Below are positions 10,674 through 21,996 of a stretch of 64,000 bases of DNA, in pieces. Source of the DNA: Ignavibacteriota bacterium. GTDB lineage: Bacteria > Bacteroidota > Ignavibacteria > UBA10030. The stretch is taken from assembly GCA_963727825.1 (NCBI GenBank), contig CAVSHO010000001.1, forward strand, positions 288,001 to 352,000, in the 5' to 3' direction. The notes beneath the pieces were generated by a model, which was given only the letters and a program-made list of their open reading frames with translations, had not been told where the DNA came from and searched no databases. Made by a program: the position numbers and the translations under genes. Within the stretch, counting starts at the first letter, position 1, and each line of letters begins with the position of its first letter.

Positions 10674-13028
10674 TTGAAAATACATTTTCTATCAATTCTA
10701 ACGTTTACAGTAGTTGTTACGCTTAATTCTCAAATTCCAGGTGAGAAAGATAACCGCGTGCTCCTGCCAAATGGGTGGTGGCTCTCACCGGCCGGCGAGC
10801 AAATTCGATTGGGCGATTTTCCCATGAATGCAGCGCTTTCAGAAGATGAAAAATATCTTGCAATTTCGCACAGCGGAGAGTCGAAAGCAGAAATCTGGTT
10901 GATGGACTTAAAAGCGAGGAAAAATCTGCAGAAAATCGAACTGCCGGACACATGGTACGGAATAAAGTTTGCAAGCAGGAAACTCTACGTTTCAGGCGGT
11001 TATCAGAATTGCGTATTCACGTTCAAATTGATAAAAGAAAAATTGGTAATGGCAGACACGATTTCCTTTGCCGAACCACATCCAAAGTATAATGGTTCTC
11101 TGCAAGGATTGGATGTACAAAAGAATTTGCTTGCAGTCGTCTTTCGCAATGACAGCACTTTCCGGGTGATGAATCTGAAATCAAAAAAGCAAGAAGTAGT
11201 GAAGTTGGATGGAATGCCATATACCTGTGTTTTCCTGAAAGACGGTTCAGTGATGGTTTCCATTTGGGGATCGAAGAAAGTAGAAATATTTAAGAGAATG
11301 AAGCTTCAATATGAAATTCAAACCGGTGACCATCCCAATGAAATAACGCTTTCGAGCGATGGTAAGTTTGCCTATATCGCTTGTTCTAACGACAATACAG
11401 TAACTATCATTGACATTGCAAAGAAGAAAGCCATTGCATCTGTTTCTACAGCAATTCATCCGGATGCACCGGAAGGCTCGACGACGAATTCTATTGCATT
11501 GATTCCAGATCAAAAAAAAATACTTGCGGCAAATGCGGATAATAATTCGCTTACTGTCATCGATATTAAAGAAATGGATAAACCAATGCCGGTCGGATTC
11601 ATTCCGGTTGGTTGGTATCCTACAAAAGTAATGGTTTTAAAAAACAGAACGGTTCTTGTACTGAATGGCAAAGGCAGCCGTTCGTTCGCAAATCCGGATG
11701 GACAATATATTGCTAGTCTAATGGAAGGTTCGCTTTCAATCTTTCAGATGCCGGATGAAAAAAAATTGGAAGATTACTCAAAGCGAGTTTTTTCAAACAC
11801 ACCGTACAAGCATGAACAGTTACTTAATGTTCCTTTCTCAGACGAAAGTGCGATTCCTCACAAAGTAGGCGATCCTTCGCCGATTAAGTATGTCTTTTAT
11901 ATTATAAAAGAAAATCGGACGTACGATCAAGTGCTTGGTGATATGAAAGAAGGTAATGGTGATTCATCGCTCTGCATTTTTGGAGAAAAGGTGACCCCGA
12001 ATCATCACAAGTTGGCGCGTGAGTTCGCGTTGTTTGATAACTTCTACGTTAATTCGGAAGTCAGCGCTGATGGACATAACTGGTCTATGGCTGGCTATGC
12101 AACGGATTATATCGAGAAGACATGGCCCACGCAGTATGGAGGGCGCGGTGGCGAGTATGATTTTGAAGGGGGGCAAGTCGCTGGTGCTCCAGCGTCGGGA
12201 TATTTGTGGACACTTGCTGCGAAACATAATGTTAGTTTCCGGAGTTATGGTGAGTTTATTACGGCTGATAAAATAATTGGGAAAGCTGGTGTTCCGCGCG
12301 AAAAAGGATTGGAAGGGCATTTTGCACCGTTCTATCGCGGCTGGGATTTGAGTTATTCAGATGTAGATCGTTTCAAAGAGTGGAATAAAGAATTTTCAGA
12401 GTTTGAGAAGAAAGGTACATTGCCGCAACTTTGCATTATGCATTTACCAAACGATCACACTGCCGGATCAAAAAAAGGTGCCTTGTCGCCGCGTGCATAT
12501 GTTGCTCAAAATGATTGCGGACTTGGTCTGATTATAGATCGAATTTCAAAAAGTAAATTTTGGATGGAGACTGCGATTTTTGTGCTGGAGGATGATGCAC
12601 AAAACGGTCCTGACCATGTGGATGCGCATCGTTCAGTATGCCTTGTTGTAAGTCCATTCGTCAAGAAACGCGATATTAATCACACACTTTACACTACAGC
12701 TTCAATGCTGCGTTCGATGGAATTGATTCTTGGGCTGCCTCCGATGAGCCAGTACGATGCAGCCGCTACACCGATGTTTAATGCTTTTACAACTCTGGCA
12801 GATACTACTCGCTATACAGCCGAAGAACCGCGCTGGGATTTAACTGAGAGAAATAAAAGCGGTTCTTATGGTGAAGCATTGATGGATAAATTTAATTTGA
12901 AGAAAGAAGATGATGTACCGGATCGTGAGTTCAACGAAATCATCTGGCGGGTAGTTACAGACAAGCCAATGCCTGCACCGCGATATTCTATATTTTCAAA
13001 AAAGAAAACTTCGGAAGAACGCGATTAA
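10674..13028 (+). CDS. Secreted YncE-type beta-propeller / alkaline-phosphatase-superfamily phosphoesterase
   Basis: Signal peptide; YVTN-like propeller repeats; IIKENRTYDQ, SADGH, LPNDHT, EDDAQNGPDHVDAHRS. Confidence 0.85.
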   Translation: MKIHFLSILTFTVVVTLNSQIPGEKDNRVLLPNGWWLSPAGEQIRLGDFPMNAALSEDEKYLAISHSGESKAEIWLMDLKARKNLQKIELPDTWYGIKFASRKLYVSGGYQNCVFTFKLIKEKLVMADTISFAEPHPKYNGSLQGLDVQKNLLAVVFRNDSTFRVMNLKSKKQEVVKLDGMPYTCVFLKDGSVMVSIWGSKKVEIFKRMKLQYEIQTGDHPNEITLSSDGKFAYIACSNDNTVTIIDIAKKKAIASVSTAIHPDAPEGSTTNSIALIPDQKKILAANADNNSLTVIDIKEMDKPMPVGFIPVGWYPTKVMVLKNRTVLVLNGKGSRSFANPDGQYIASLMEGSLSIFQMPDEKKLEDYSKRVFSNTPYKHEQLLNVPFSDESAIPHKVGDPSPIKYVFYIIKENRTYDQVLGDMKEGNGDSSLCIFGEKVTPNHHKLAREFALFDNFYVNSEVSADGHNWSMAGYATDYIEKTWPTQYGGRGGEYDFEGGQVAGAPASGYLWTLAAKHNVSFRSYGEFITADKIIGKAGVPREKGLEGHFAPFYRGWDLSYSDVDRFKEWNKEFSEFEKKGTLPQLCIMHLPNDHTAGSKKGALSPRAYVAQNDCGLGLIIDRISKSKFWMETAIFVLEDDAQNGPDHVDAHRSVCLVVSPFVKKRDINHTLYTTASMLRSMELILGLPPMSQYDAAATPMFNAFTTLADTTRYTAEEPRWDLTERNKSGSYGEALMDKFNLKKEDDVPDREFNEIIWRVVTDKPMPAPRYSIFSKKKTSEERD

Positions 13029-13166
13029 TATTCTAACAAGACGAGTTATAAATATATAATTTGAGATGATTTTGGAGGCGAGTAAATCGTAACGTATTAC
13101 ATAATATAAACTATAAGTATTTTATATAATTCTCAATCGCACTATGTTATAACTTCAACAAATAGC

Positions 13167-14372
13167 TTATGCCGCCGCCATCGCATGAGTAGTAGCAGTC
13201 ATTATTTTATTAAGTTGTCTAAACCGCTTCAATTTGCCGTGTAGAGTCGAAACCAGTGTTTGTTCAGAAATTGGCTTCATCAAGTAATCATCCACGCCAA
13301 GTTCTTTGCCGGTGCGAACTAAAGCTTCATCTGTTAGGCCGGTTAAGAAAACGAATGGAATGCTCTGAATATTTTTCAGTTCCTGCACTTTTTCATAGAA
13401 TGTAAATCCACCCATTGTAGAGGTTTCGAGGTTAATATCACACAAAATTAAATCGGGAACGAATTTACGGAGAAGTGCATACGCCTCATCAGATGTGGAA
13501 AGTGCGGTAACGTCAAATCCGTTGTCCTCCAACGAGGTTGCAAGCAACTCCAAGAGCCTTGTGTCATCATCAATGACAAGCACTTTGTCCCGCTGTTTGT
13601 GCTGTATTGTATCCATCAATTGTGTCTGAATATGCAAATGTTCCTCGTCAGAAATTTGGAAAGTGCGCTGTAAATCGGCGAGAGATTTTGTGTTAGAAAA
13701 AGATGTTGAATTATCGGATAGTTGTCTAAGTAATGCATTCCGATAGCATTCATGTTTCACATTCTTTTCAATCTGCTCATGTTCAACTTTCGCAATATCA
13801 AATACCGTTCGGAGTTCACTCAACTGTCGTTCTTCGTTTTCAGTTAACGCACCGTCGTACCATGCATGAGTTAAAGCTTGTCGATAGGACTCCAAATCGG
13901 CGGGTCGATCAAGAAGGCGATCTTCCCGTTTTTCTTGGGGTTTTGCTGCATTATCAGTAGAAAGTGGTAAAGGTGTGATAAGTGGAGCCTTTAAATTCGG
14001 AGCCGGTAAAGAAATTGTAATAGTTGGTCCTGGCTCCAGTGAAGTAAGTATCTGCGGAACCTCAGTTTCCGTTTTGGGAATATGTCCGATCACGGGCGAG
14101 GGGATTGGTTTGTTAATATGCCGGGTTTCTTCCAATCGTTCAAATTCAGCTTTAAGAATAGAGATACGTTCTTCCAAGGCAAGTGCATAAACGTTGCGCG
14201 GATCTACTTCTTTTGCCTTTTTAACTTCTAATTGTGCATGGTCAAGATTACCAGTTCGAATAAGTTGATCTACACGTTTTAAAACTTCGCTAACCGTTTT
14301 CTTAGCATCATCGCGCGGGGTTGGCTCATGTGGAACGGGAATCTTCTGCTGGGGTATTGTTTGTCCAATCAT
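13167..14372 (-). CDS. Response regulator with N-terminal TPR-like/helical repeats and a C-terminal receiver domain
   Basis: KVLVIDDD, PDLILCD, FVFLTG and DDYLMKP at the C-terminus. Confidence 0.85.
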   Translation of the reverse strand: MIGQTIPQQKIPVPHEPTPRDDAKKTVSEVLKRVDQLIRTGNLDHAQLEVKKAKEVDPRNVYALALEERISILKAEFERLEETRHINKPIPSPVIGHIPKTETEVPQILTSLEPGPTITISLPAPNLKAPLITPLPLSTDNAAKPQEKREDRLLDRPADLESYRQALTHAWYDGALTENEERQLSELRTVFDIAKVEHEQIEKNVKHECYRNALLRQLSDNSTSFSNTKSLADLQRTFQISDEEHLHIQTQLMDTIQHKQRDKVLVIDDDTRLLELLATSLEDNGFDVTALSTSDEAYALLRKFVPDLILCDINLETSTMGGFTFYEKVQELKNIQSIPFVFLTGLTDEALVRTGKELGVDDYLMKPISEQTLVSTLHGKLKRFRQLNKIMTATTHAMAAA

Positions 14373-14667
14373 TTTCTCAATCCTTCAGATCGCTAATTTG
14401 CAAACGACTGTAATTATAAATTTATCACTTCTATTAACACGAGCACGCTATCTATTTCTTGTCTCTGAATCTAATACCACAATAACTGTTCCGACTTATA
14501 GCAGCTTAATGCCAGAATAAAGCTGCCATCGAAACGGCTTATTTCATCTAAAAAAGAGGATAATTTGCCATTAATTATCAAAACTGAAATTGTTAAGTTG
14601 ATAATTGTAGAAAAGTAAATTTTTAGAATAGGAAAAGGATGAAGGGGAGGTATAATAATGATTATGG

Positions 14668-15375
14668 TTATTTGGCAATCGCTGCAGATGCGGCTATGAT
14701 TCTTATCGCACCCGCCGATAATATTACTTGTGCGCATGAATTCGTTGTCGCGCCGGTGGTAATGACATCGTCCACTAAAAGACATTTTTTCCCTGATAAG
14801 ACGTCAGACGAATATGGAATTAATTCAAACGCATGCTCCATATTCTTGCGCCGTTCTTCGACGTTTAGTTTTGTTTGCGTCTGTGTGTGACGTGTACGTC
14901 GAACTGCTTCCGGAACAATCGGCTTGCCAATGATGGAACTAATACCGCGTGCAATGAATTCGGATTGGTTATAACCACGCTCGCGGTGCTTTATTTGATG
15001 AAGAGGTATTGGAATAAGAATATCAACATTTAGGTCCCATTTTTTCAATGCATCCCCAAGGCGTATTCCCAAATCTATACCAACAGACTTATATTCTTTG
15101 TATTTCAACGCATGTGCAATATGCTGAAAAGGTCCCTTCTCCTCGAAAACAAAACACGAAACAAGATCGCTGATAGTGCCTTCGGCGAGAAGTTTTGTGC
15201 GTGTTTCTTGGTAGAGAGGGAGATTCTTAGTCACCAGCGGAATTGCATTCCAGCAGTCAGCACAGACTTTTTGGTTTCCATCCGACAGAGGTTTATTACA
15301 AGCGATGCACACCGGCGGGTAGAGAAAGTCGAGAAAAGGAGTGGCAAGACGATTTGTTAAGTTGCGGATTTTCAA
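14668..15375 (-). CDS. comF: ComF family protein (zinc ribbon + PRTase)
   Basis: CIAC...CADC, RERGYNQS, LLVDDVITTGAT. Confidence 0.9.
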   Translation of the reverse strand: MKIRNLTNRLATPFLDFLYPPVCIACNKPLSDGNQKVCADCWNAIPLVTKNLPLYQETRTKLLAEGTISDLVSCFVFEEKGPFQHIAHALKYKEYKSVGIDLGIRLGDALKKWDLNVDILIPIPLHQIKHRERGYNQSEFIARGISSIIGKPIVPEAVRRTRHTQTQTKLNVEERRKNMEHAFELIPYSSDVLSGKKCLLVDDVITTGATTNSCAQVILSAGAIRIIAASAAIAK

Positions 15376-15454
15376 TGTTCAATCTATAATAACAATATTA
15401 ATTTGTATGTATTCATATTTTAGTTATTATTGATCACTCATCACTGCTTACTGT

Positions 15455-17470
15455 TCATTGCTTCTTATCTTCAAGCCTCTCAATCTCGTTTCGTAGTTCC
15501 GCTGCGCGTTCGAACTCTAAATCTTTTGCCGCTCGTTTCATCTCTACCCTTAATTCTTCCAGCATGTCTTTCTTCTGGTCACTGGTTAGATATTTTGCAA
15601 CTGTCTCGGCAATAGCCATTGGTTTTGATTTTTGATAGCGTTCATCATGTTTCATCTTCACGTCGGCAATAGATGTGGCGGCAAGAATTTCGTCCGTCGT
15701 TTTGTAGATAGTTGTTGGTGTAATGCCATGCTTCGTATTGTAAGATATCTGCTTTTTGCGGCGGCGATTTGTCTCACCAATCATTCGCTCCATCGAGCCG
15801 GTCATTTTGTCGGCATAAAGAATAACTTTGCCGTTCGAGTTGCGCGCAGTGCGGCCTGCAGTTTGGATGAGCGAACGTTCGGAGCGGAGAAAACCTTCCT
15901 TATCAGCATCTATGATGGCGACGAGTGAGACTTCAGGTAAATCAAGCCCTTCGCGAAGCAAATTCACGCCAACAAGAACATCGAATTCACCTAATCGCAA
16001 ATCGCGTAACGTTTCAACACGTTCAAGCGCGCCTACTTCGGAATGAATATACCTTACTTTGATATTAATATTTGATAGATACTCGGTCAAGTCTTCAGCC
16101 ATGCGCTTCGTAAGAGTTGTGACGAGCGTGCGTTCTTTCTTCGAGGCGCGAGAACGAATCTCCCCAATCAAGTCGTCAATCTGATGCTTGCTTACACGTA
16201 CTTCCACTTCCGGATCAATTAATCCGGTGGGACGAATCACTTGTTCTACAACGACGCCTTGGCATTTCTGCAATTCGTATGGTCCAGGTGTTGCACTGAC
16301 GTAAATAACTTGCTTCTCCATTGCTTCCCATTCATCAAACATTAATGGACGATTATCGAGTGCTGATGGAAGGCGAAATCCATACTCCACGAGTGTGGTC
16401 TTACGCGAACGATCGCCGGCATGCATGGCACCGATTTGTGGTACAGTAACGTGCGACTCGTCAATAATTGTAAGAAAATCTTTTGGAAAGTAATCTAATA
16501 GGCACGAGGGGCGAGAACCCGGCGGCCTGCCTGCAAAGTGCCGCGAATAATTTTCGATGCCGGAGCAGTATCCAACTTCGCGCAACATTTCCATATCGAA
16601 CCGCGTTCGCTGTTCGATTCTCTGCGCCTCAACAAGTTTGCCAAGCGAACGAAGTTCGGTGGTTCGCTCGCGCAATTCATCGTAAATGCCGCTCATTGCA
16701 CGTTCTATCGTCTCGCGCGAAGTGATAAATTGTTTTGCAGGATAAATCATTTCGTTATCCGCTTCGCCAAGAACCTGTCCATCAACTTTATTGATATAAG
16801 AAATACGTTCTATTTCATCGCCAAAGAATTCGATGCGAATCGCTTCTTCGTTTTCATAACTTGGAATCACTTCCACAACATCACCGCGCACACGGAATGT
16901 GCCGCGCGCAAATTCGTAATCATTTCGTGCGTACAAAAGATCGACAAGCCGCTTGAGCAATCCTTGACGGCCGATGCGATCGCCTTTTTTGATCATTAAT
17001 GTCTGGCTGATCCATTCATCCGGCGCACCAATTCCATATATGCAACTGACAGATGCGACGACGATGACATTTGGATCGCCGCTCAACAACGCACTTGTCG
17101 CCCGCAACCGCAAGCGGTCAATTTCATCATTCACGGATGAATCTTTGGCAATATATGTGTCAGTTGTAGGAACATACGCCTCCGGCTGATAGTAATCATA
17201 ATAACTAATGAAAAACTCGACGCGGTTTTTAGGAAAATAATTTTTGAATTCCGCATATAATTGTGCCGCCAGCGTTTTATTGTGGGACATCACCAAAACG
17301 GGCTTGTTGATGTGTGTGATAACGTTAGAGATAGTAAATGTTTTTCCGCTACCAGTTACACCAAGAAGTGTTTGGTGCCGATCTCCGCGTTCTATTCCTT
17401 CTACAAGCTGTTTGATTGCTTCCGGTTGATCGCCGGAAGGGGTTAAATCAGAGATGAGTTGATAAGCCAT
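15455..17470 (-). CDS. uvrB: Excinuclease ABC subunit B
   Basis: [28 protein letters not shown]-terminal [10 protein letters not shown]. Confidence 0.98.
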   Translation of the reverse strand: MAYQLISDLTPSGDQPEAIKQLVEGIERGDRHQTLLGVTGSGKTFTISNVITHINKPVLVMSHNKTLAAQLYAEFKNYFPKNRVEFFISYYDYYQPEAYVPTTDTYIAKDSSVNDEIDRLRLRATSALLSGDPNVIVVASVSCIYGIGAPDEWISQTLMIKKGDRIGRQGLLKRLVDLLYARNDYEFARGTFRVRGDVVEVIPSYENEEAIRIEFFGDEIERISYINKVDGQVLGEADNEMIYPAKQFITSRETIERAMSGIYDELRERTTELRSLGKLVEAQRIEQRTRFDMEMLREVGYCSGIENYSRHFAGRPPGSRPSCLLDYFPKDFLTIIDESHVTVPQIGAMHAGDRSRKTTLVEYGFRLPSALDNRPLMFDEWEAMEKQVIYVSATPGPYELQKCQGVVVEQVIRPTGLIDPEVEVRVSKHQIDDLIGEIRSRASKKERTLVTTLTKRMAEDLTEYLSNINIKVRYIHSEVGALERVETLRDLRLGEFDVLVGVNLLREGLDLPEVSLVAIIDADKEGFLRSERSLIQTAGRTARNSNGKVILYADKMTGSMERMIGETNRRRKKQISYNTKHGITPTTIYKTTDEILAATSIADVKMKHDERYQKSKPMAIAETVAKYLTSDQKKDMLEELRVEMKRAAKDLEFERAAELRNEIERLEDKKQ

Positions 17471-17494
17471 AAATAAATATAATCTTCTAATTAT

Positions 17495-17689
17495 TAGAAG
17501 CTATCTTAAAAATACGTTGTTACAGTCAGACTGAGCGTTCGCCTGAACGTTCGACCGAGCTCACATCGAGGTCTCACGCCGAAGGCTTGTCGAAGTCTGG
17601 CTGTAGAGTGCTTAGTCACATTTCGACCCGCCTGTCGGACGGGCAGGCAAGCTCAATGTGACTTCAAATCATTTTTGAGATAGGTTCGA
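17495..17689. mobile_element. MITE-like non-coding element, copy 1, with nested REP-type hairpins
   Basis: Terminal inverted repeats TAGAAGCTATCTTAAAAAT / ATTTTTGAGATAGGTTCGA; internal sequence shared with copies at 22536 and 30241. Confidence 0.75.
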
Positions 17690-18333
17690 GATATTGATTC
17701 AGGATTACTTTTAAAATAACATATTGATTAAAATACATATTTTATTTGCTTGAGAAAAGACTTAATAATAGTCCAATTAATGCCATATATTTTTTGATTG
17801 CGTGAGATTTAACTTGTTTTGATTTTGATAATATTATAGAGTAACTTAAAATATATATTTATGTTTTATACAGATGTTATTCGGCGAAAGTGAAAGAATT
17901 GAATGATAAAGTAATTGCTCGTTGGTGTACGCACTGTTAATTCTTCAAAATGCCTTCTTTAATTAGCGCCACAGTGCCTTTCCTTCAAAAAGAGATATAT
18001 TTTGCCCATTTATACTTGAGCTAATATCTGTTTTTTGAAGATTTTATTTACTTCTGACATTCCTGCGCTTTTTACTCAATGGCATGGTTTGTGATAATTA
18101 CTATTGTTGTGACCATCGAAGCGGGGAAAATCGTATGACCCGTTTTATTATAAATATCCTTCAAAGTTGTGCATTATTATTCTAACAAATGCAATGCAAT
18201 GTGATTGCGGGGATATTTTATAACTAAGATGAATGATTAGATCATGAAGATGGATGGAATTTGTCGATCAGTAAAAGATAGGAAAGAACGGTTGCTGTCT
18301 ATGGCAACTCGTATAAGTAAAGGATTCTGGAAA

Positions 18334-21300
18334 ATGAAAAATAAATCTTCAGGAATTTTAGTTAAATCATTTTTGTCGTTATTAATGCTTGCAGGGATTT
18401 TTATTTTTACATTCCCTCGTCTTGCGAATGCACAGTCGCAAAATATCCGATTTAAACATCTTACAAGGGAAGATGGACTTTCACAAAGTTGGGCTCATTC
18501 TATTATTCAGGATAAGTATGGTTTTATGTGGATAGGAACCGAAAGCGGCTTGAACCGCTATGATGGGCATAGTTTCCGTGTATATAAAAATAATTATCGA
18601 GATCAATATTCAATCAGCAACAATTGTGTTTTGGCTTTATTTGAAAATAGTAATGGAGATTTATGGGTTGGTACTCGAAAAGGCTTGAATCTTTACGATA
18701 GAAAAAACGATAAATTCATTCGGTATCCTAGATTGTCAGAAAGAATAACATCAATTACAGAAGATAAAAACAAAATATTGTGGGTAGGTACGGATGTTGG
18801 CCTGTACACTCTCGATTTAAAGAATGATAGTATTAATACTTATAGTAGCCCGGGTGATCTATCTCGCAATAGTGTGAGCCGCTTGGTTAGTGGAGAAATA
18901 TTGAAAATATATGTTGATAGCAAGAATAACGTATGGATAGGCTCCTCCAGAGGTTTGCATTTATATGTCAGAGATAACAACTCATTTATTAATTATTATC
19001 ACGATGAAAAAAATCCGAATAGCATAAGTAGTGATGAAATACGCCCGATATTGGAAGACAATGCCGGCAGATTATGGATGGGCACATCGGCGGGTTTAGA
19101 TTTGTTTGTAAACAATCAGGAGCATTCCACAAAAGGTAGATTCATACACTATCAAAATATTATCGGCAATAAAAACAGTATTTCTAATGGCCCAGTTATG
19201 TCTCTTCTTGAAGACGATAAACATAATTTATGGATAGGTATACAAAATGGCGGATTGGACGTAATTAATCTCAAAACCTATAATAAGAATACCGCCATCT
19301 TCAATCATTTCAAGAATGATCCTAATAAAGAAAACAGTTTAAGTAATAATTCGATTTATTCGATAACTCAGGACAATCAAGGTAATATCTGGATCAGTAC
19401 ATTTGGAAAGGGATTAAATATAATAAATCCGTTAGGAGACAGATTTATCCATTATAAAAGTGAAAGCGGGAGTAAAAATTCGCTAAGTAATAATCAGGTT
19501 AATACTTTTCTTGAAGATAATGACTTTCTCTGGATTGGCACAGAAGGCGGTTTAAACCTATATAATAAAAAAGACGATACTTTTAAGCATTATGTCCATG
19601 AACCTTTAAATAAAAGAAGTATCGGCTCCAATGCTGTCTGGGCTATTTGTAAGGACAGACGAGGGAATTTATGGATTGGAACATGGGGCGGCGGTCTAAA
19701 TAAATTCGACTATAAGACCGAGACGTTTGAACATTTTTATAATGATCCGGACGACACCAATAGTATCAGCAGCAATAATATGTTCTCCATTTTTGAAGAC
19801 AATAAAGGGAATTTGTGGATAGGAACCATGGGCGGTGGATTGAATATGTTCGACTATAAAAATAATAGATTTATCAGATATACAGAATCAAATTCCCATA
19901 TATATACGAACTATGTTCCTTCAATAATAGAAACGAAAAGTGGTGATTTATGGTTATCGAATGAAAACTCATTTGAACGGTTTAATATAAAAACGAAAGA
20001 ATTCGAAAACTTCACTCATTCTGACGATGATAGTACAAGTTTGAGTAGCAATAAATCAATATCAATTTTTGAAGACAGTAATGGAAATCTATGGATGGGG
20101 ACAGACGCAGGCCTTAATCTTTTTAATAAGGCTACTAAAGGATTTAAATGCTATCGAATAGAAGATGGGCTGCCTGATAATGCCATTAACAGCATCGTTG
20201 AGGATAATCATGGAAATCTTTGGCTGAGTACAGATAAAGGCCTTTCAAATTTTATTAATGCAATAAATCTTCCAGCAAAGCCAGAGTTCCGAAATTATGG
20301 ATACGAGGATGGTTTACAAGGCAATGAATTTTGTCCCAGATCAAGCTGCAAAGGCGCTGATGGCAAGTTGTATTTTGGTGGACCAAACGGATTCAATGTG
20401 TTTGATCCTGATAAAATAGTAGAAAATACATATGTCCCACCAATAGTTATCACAGGTTTTAGTATTTTTAATAAACCTGAACCTCTTGGTGAAAGAGGGA
20501 TTAAGCAAGGCCTCGATAGCACTGAAGATATTGTTCTCTCCTATAAACAATCCGTATTTTCATTCGATTTTGCAGCATTGAATTATATTTCATCATATAA
20601 AAACCAATTCGCATATAAAATGGAAGGATTTGATAAAGATTGGAACTATGTCGGCACAAAATACACTGCGACCTATACGAATTTAGATCCGGGAAAATAT
20701 ATTTTCCGAGTGAAAGGATCCAATAACGACGGAGTGTGGAATGAGAAAGGCATTGCTTTGCCGATCATTATAACACCACCGTACTGGGAAACTATCTGGT
20801 TCCGACTTCTCTTAGTAGCCGTTGCAGCGGGAATTGTTTTCTGGATATACCATTGGCGGGTGCAAGCGAGAGACTTAGAAGCACGGAAACGGATGGAAAC
20901 GGCTGTTACTAAGGAACGTAATCTTCTTCGTGCATTAATCGATCTGATCCCCGATTATATCTATCTCAAGGACACCGATAGCCGCTTCATTCTCGGCAAT
21001 AATGGACTCTTACGAAGCTTTGGGAAGGAGACCATTGATGAAATCTATGGGAAGACCGACTTCGACTTTCACCCTATAGAAAATGCCCGCGAGTATTTTG
21101 CCGATGAGCAGGAAATTATCCGTTCCGGTCAGCCGCTGATTAATAAAGAAGAGCTTGTGGTTGAATCTACCGGTCAACGGAAATGGAGCATATCCACAAA
21201 ATTGCCTTTCCTAGATTCGCAGGGAAAAGTCGTAGGCATAGTAGGCATAGGCCGCGATGTTACCGCAAGTAAACAAGCAGCAGAGGAGCGCGAAAAGTTA

Positions 21301-21567
21301 ATTAGAGAATTGCAAGATGCCGCTGCCGATATTAAAGTTTTAAGCGGACTTGTCCCAATTTGTTCAAGTTGTAAAAAAATACGAGACGATAAAGGATATT
21401 GGACACAACTCGAAGGATATATACAGGCGCACTCAGAAGCTAAGTTTAGCCATGGTGTCTGCCCAGAATGTGCCCAAAAATTATATGGTGAGCTTTATGC
21501 AAAGGTTAAAAAACAGCAAGAAGAAGCTTCCGCAAAATTGCCACCATCAAATTCATCGAAGGGATAA
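18334..21567 (+). CDS. Periplasmic Reg_prop beta-propeller / Y_Y_Y sensor with TM, PAS and a C-terminal Cys/His zinc-ribbon-like domain; no kinase domain
   Basis: Repeated D..G.LWIGT.GGL motifs, ATYTNLDPGKYIF, PAS with GKTDFDF, tail PICSSCKKIRDDKGYW...FSHGVCPEC; start placed at MKNKSSG. Confidence 0.88.
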   Translation: MKNKSSGILVKSFLSLLMLAGIFIFTFPRLANAQSQNIRFKHLTREDGLSQSWAHSIIQDKYGFMWIGTESGLNRYDGHSFRVYKNNYRDQYSISNNCVLALFENSNGDLWVGTRKGLNLYDRKNDKFIRYPRLSERITSITEDKNKILWVGTDVGLYTLDLKNDSINTYSSPGDLSRNSVSRLVSGEILKIYVDSKNNVWIGSSRGLHLYVRDNNSFINYYHDEKNPNSISSDEIRPILEDNAGRLWMGTSAGLDLFVNNQEHSTKGRFIHYQNIIGNKNSISNGPVMSLLEDDKHNLWIGIQNGGLDVINLKTYNKNTAIFNHFKNDPNKENSLSNNSIYSITQDNQGNIWISTFGKGLNIINPLGDRFIHYKSESGSKNSLSNNQVNTFLEDNDFLWIGTEGGLNLYNKKDDTFKHYVHEPLNKRSIGSNAVWAICKDRRGNLWIGTWGGGLNKFDYKTETFEHFYNDPDDTNSISSNNMFSIFEDNKGNLWIGTMGGGLNMFDYKNNRFIRYTESNSHIYTNYVPSIIETKSGDLWLSNENSFERFNIKTKEFENFTHSDDDSTSLSSNKSISIFEDSNGNLWMGTDAGLNLFNKATKGFKCYRIEDGLPDNAINSIVEDNHGNLWLSTDKGLSNFINAINLPAKPEFRNYGYEDGLQGNEFCPRSSCKGADGKLYFGGPNGFNVFDPDKIVENTYVPPIVITGFSIFNKPEPLGERGIKQGLDSTEDIVLSYKQSVFSFDFAALNYISSYKNQFAYKMEGFDKDWNYVGTKYTATYTNLDPGKYIFRVKGSNNDGVWNEKGIALPIIITPPYWETIWFRLLLVAVAAGIVFWIYHWRVQARDLEARKRMETAVTKERNLLRALIDLIPDYIYLKDTDSRFILGNNGLLRSFGKETIDEIYGKTDFDFHPIENAREYFADEQEIIRSGQPLINKEELVVESTGQRKWSISTKLPFLDSQGKVVGIVGIGRDVTASKQAAEEREKLIRELQDAAADIKVLSGLVPICSSCKKIRDDKGYWTQLEGYIQAHSEAKFSHGVCPECAQKLYGELYAKVKKQQEEASAKLPPSNSSKG

Positions 21568-21924
21568 ACTGTCAGTATTGATTTTTATTACTGTACATAT
21601 TTTTAGAAGCAATAGTCTTTTATTCACATACCTCATATATTCGTCGTTGAATGCTCTTTCTCATCCGCTTGATGTTTTGCAACACATACCGGCGTATGGA
21701 AAATGAAACATAGCTTGCTAAAGACAACCCTTCGGGCAAACCAACTCTCGCTCTACTAAGCCGCAAGGTGAGGAGACTTTCTATTGAGGATTTTCCAAGG
21801 CTCAAGAATTCAGCACTTTTATCCTTGCCCTCCCAATCGGGAAAATGTATATTTAAGGCAAGAACAATTCCGAACCGCTGCAGTTACCATTATAGAAGTT
21901 TAACGCGAAATTGAAATTGGTTAT

Positions 21925-21976
21925 GCGGCAGCTTTTTACTCGCTGTTTTAGTAGCGGATGTTACCATCTGTTAGGT
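21925..21976 (+). repeat. attC-like right arm (GCAGCTT...ATCTGTTAGGT) with an internal hairpin
   Basis: GTTRRRY core at 21970-21976 just upstream of an ORF; matches the arm at 48126-48221. Confidence 0.5.
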
Positions 21977-21996
21977 GGGTACAATTATTAATTACA

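Noticed and set aside
21730-21800. GGGCAAACC suggesting a c-di-GMP-I riboswitch
   Set aside because: The paired GGT...GACGCAAAGC elements and second stem are missing.
21620-21805. Short minus-strand ORF with a faint RelE-like ending
   Set aside because: Similarity is too weak, with no RBS or antitoxin partner.
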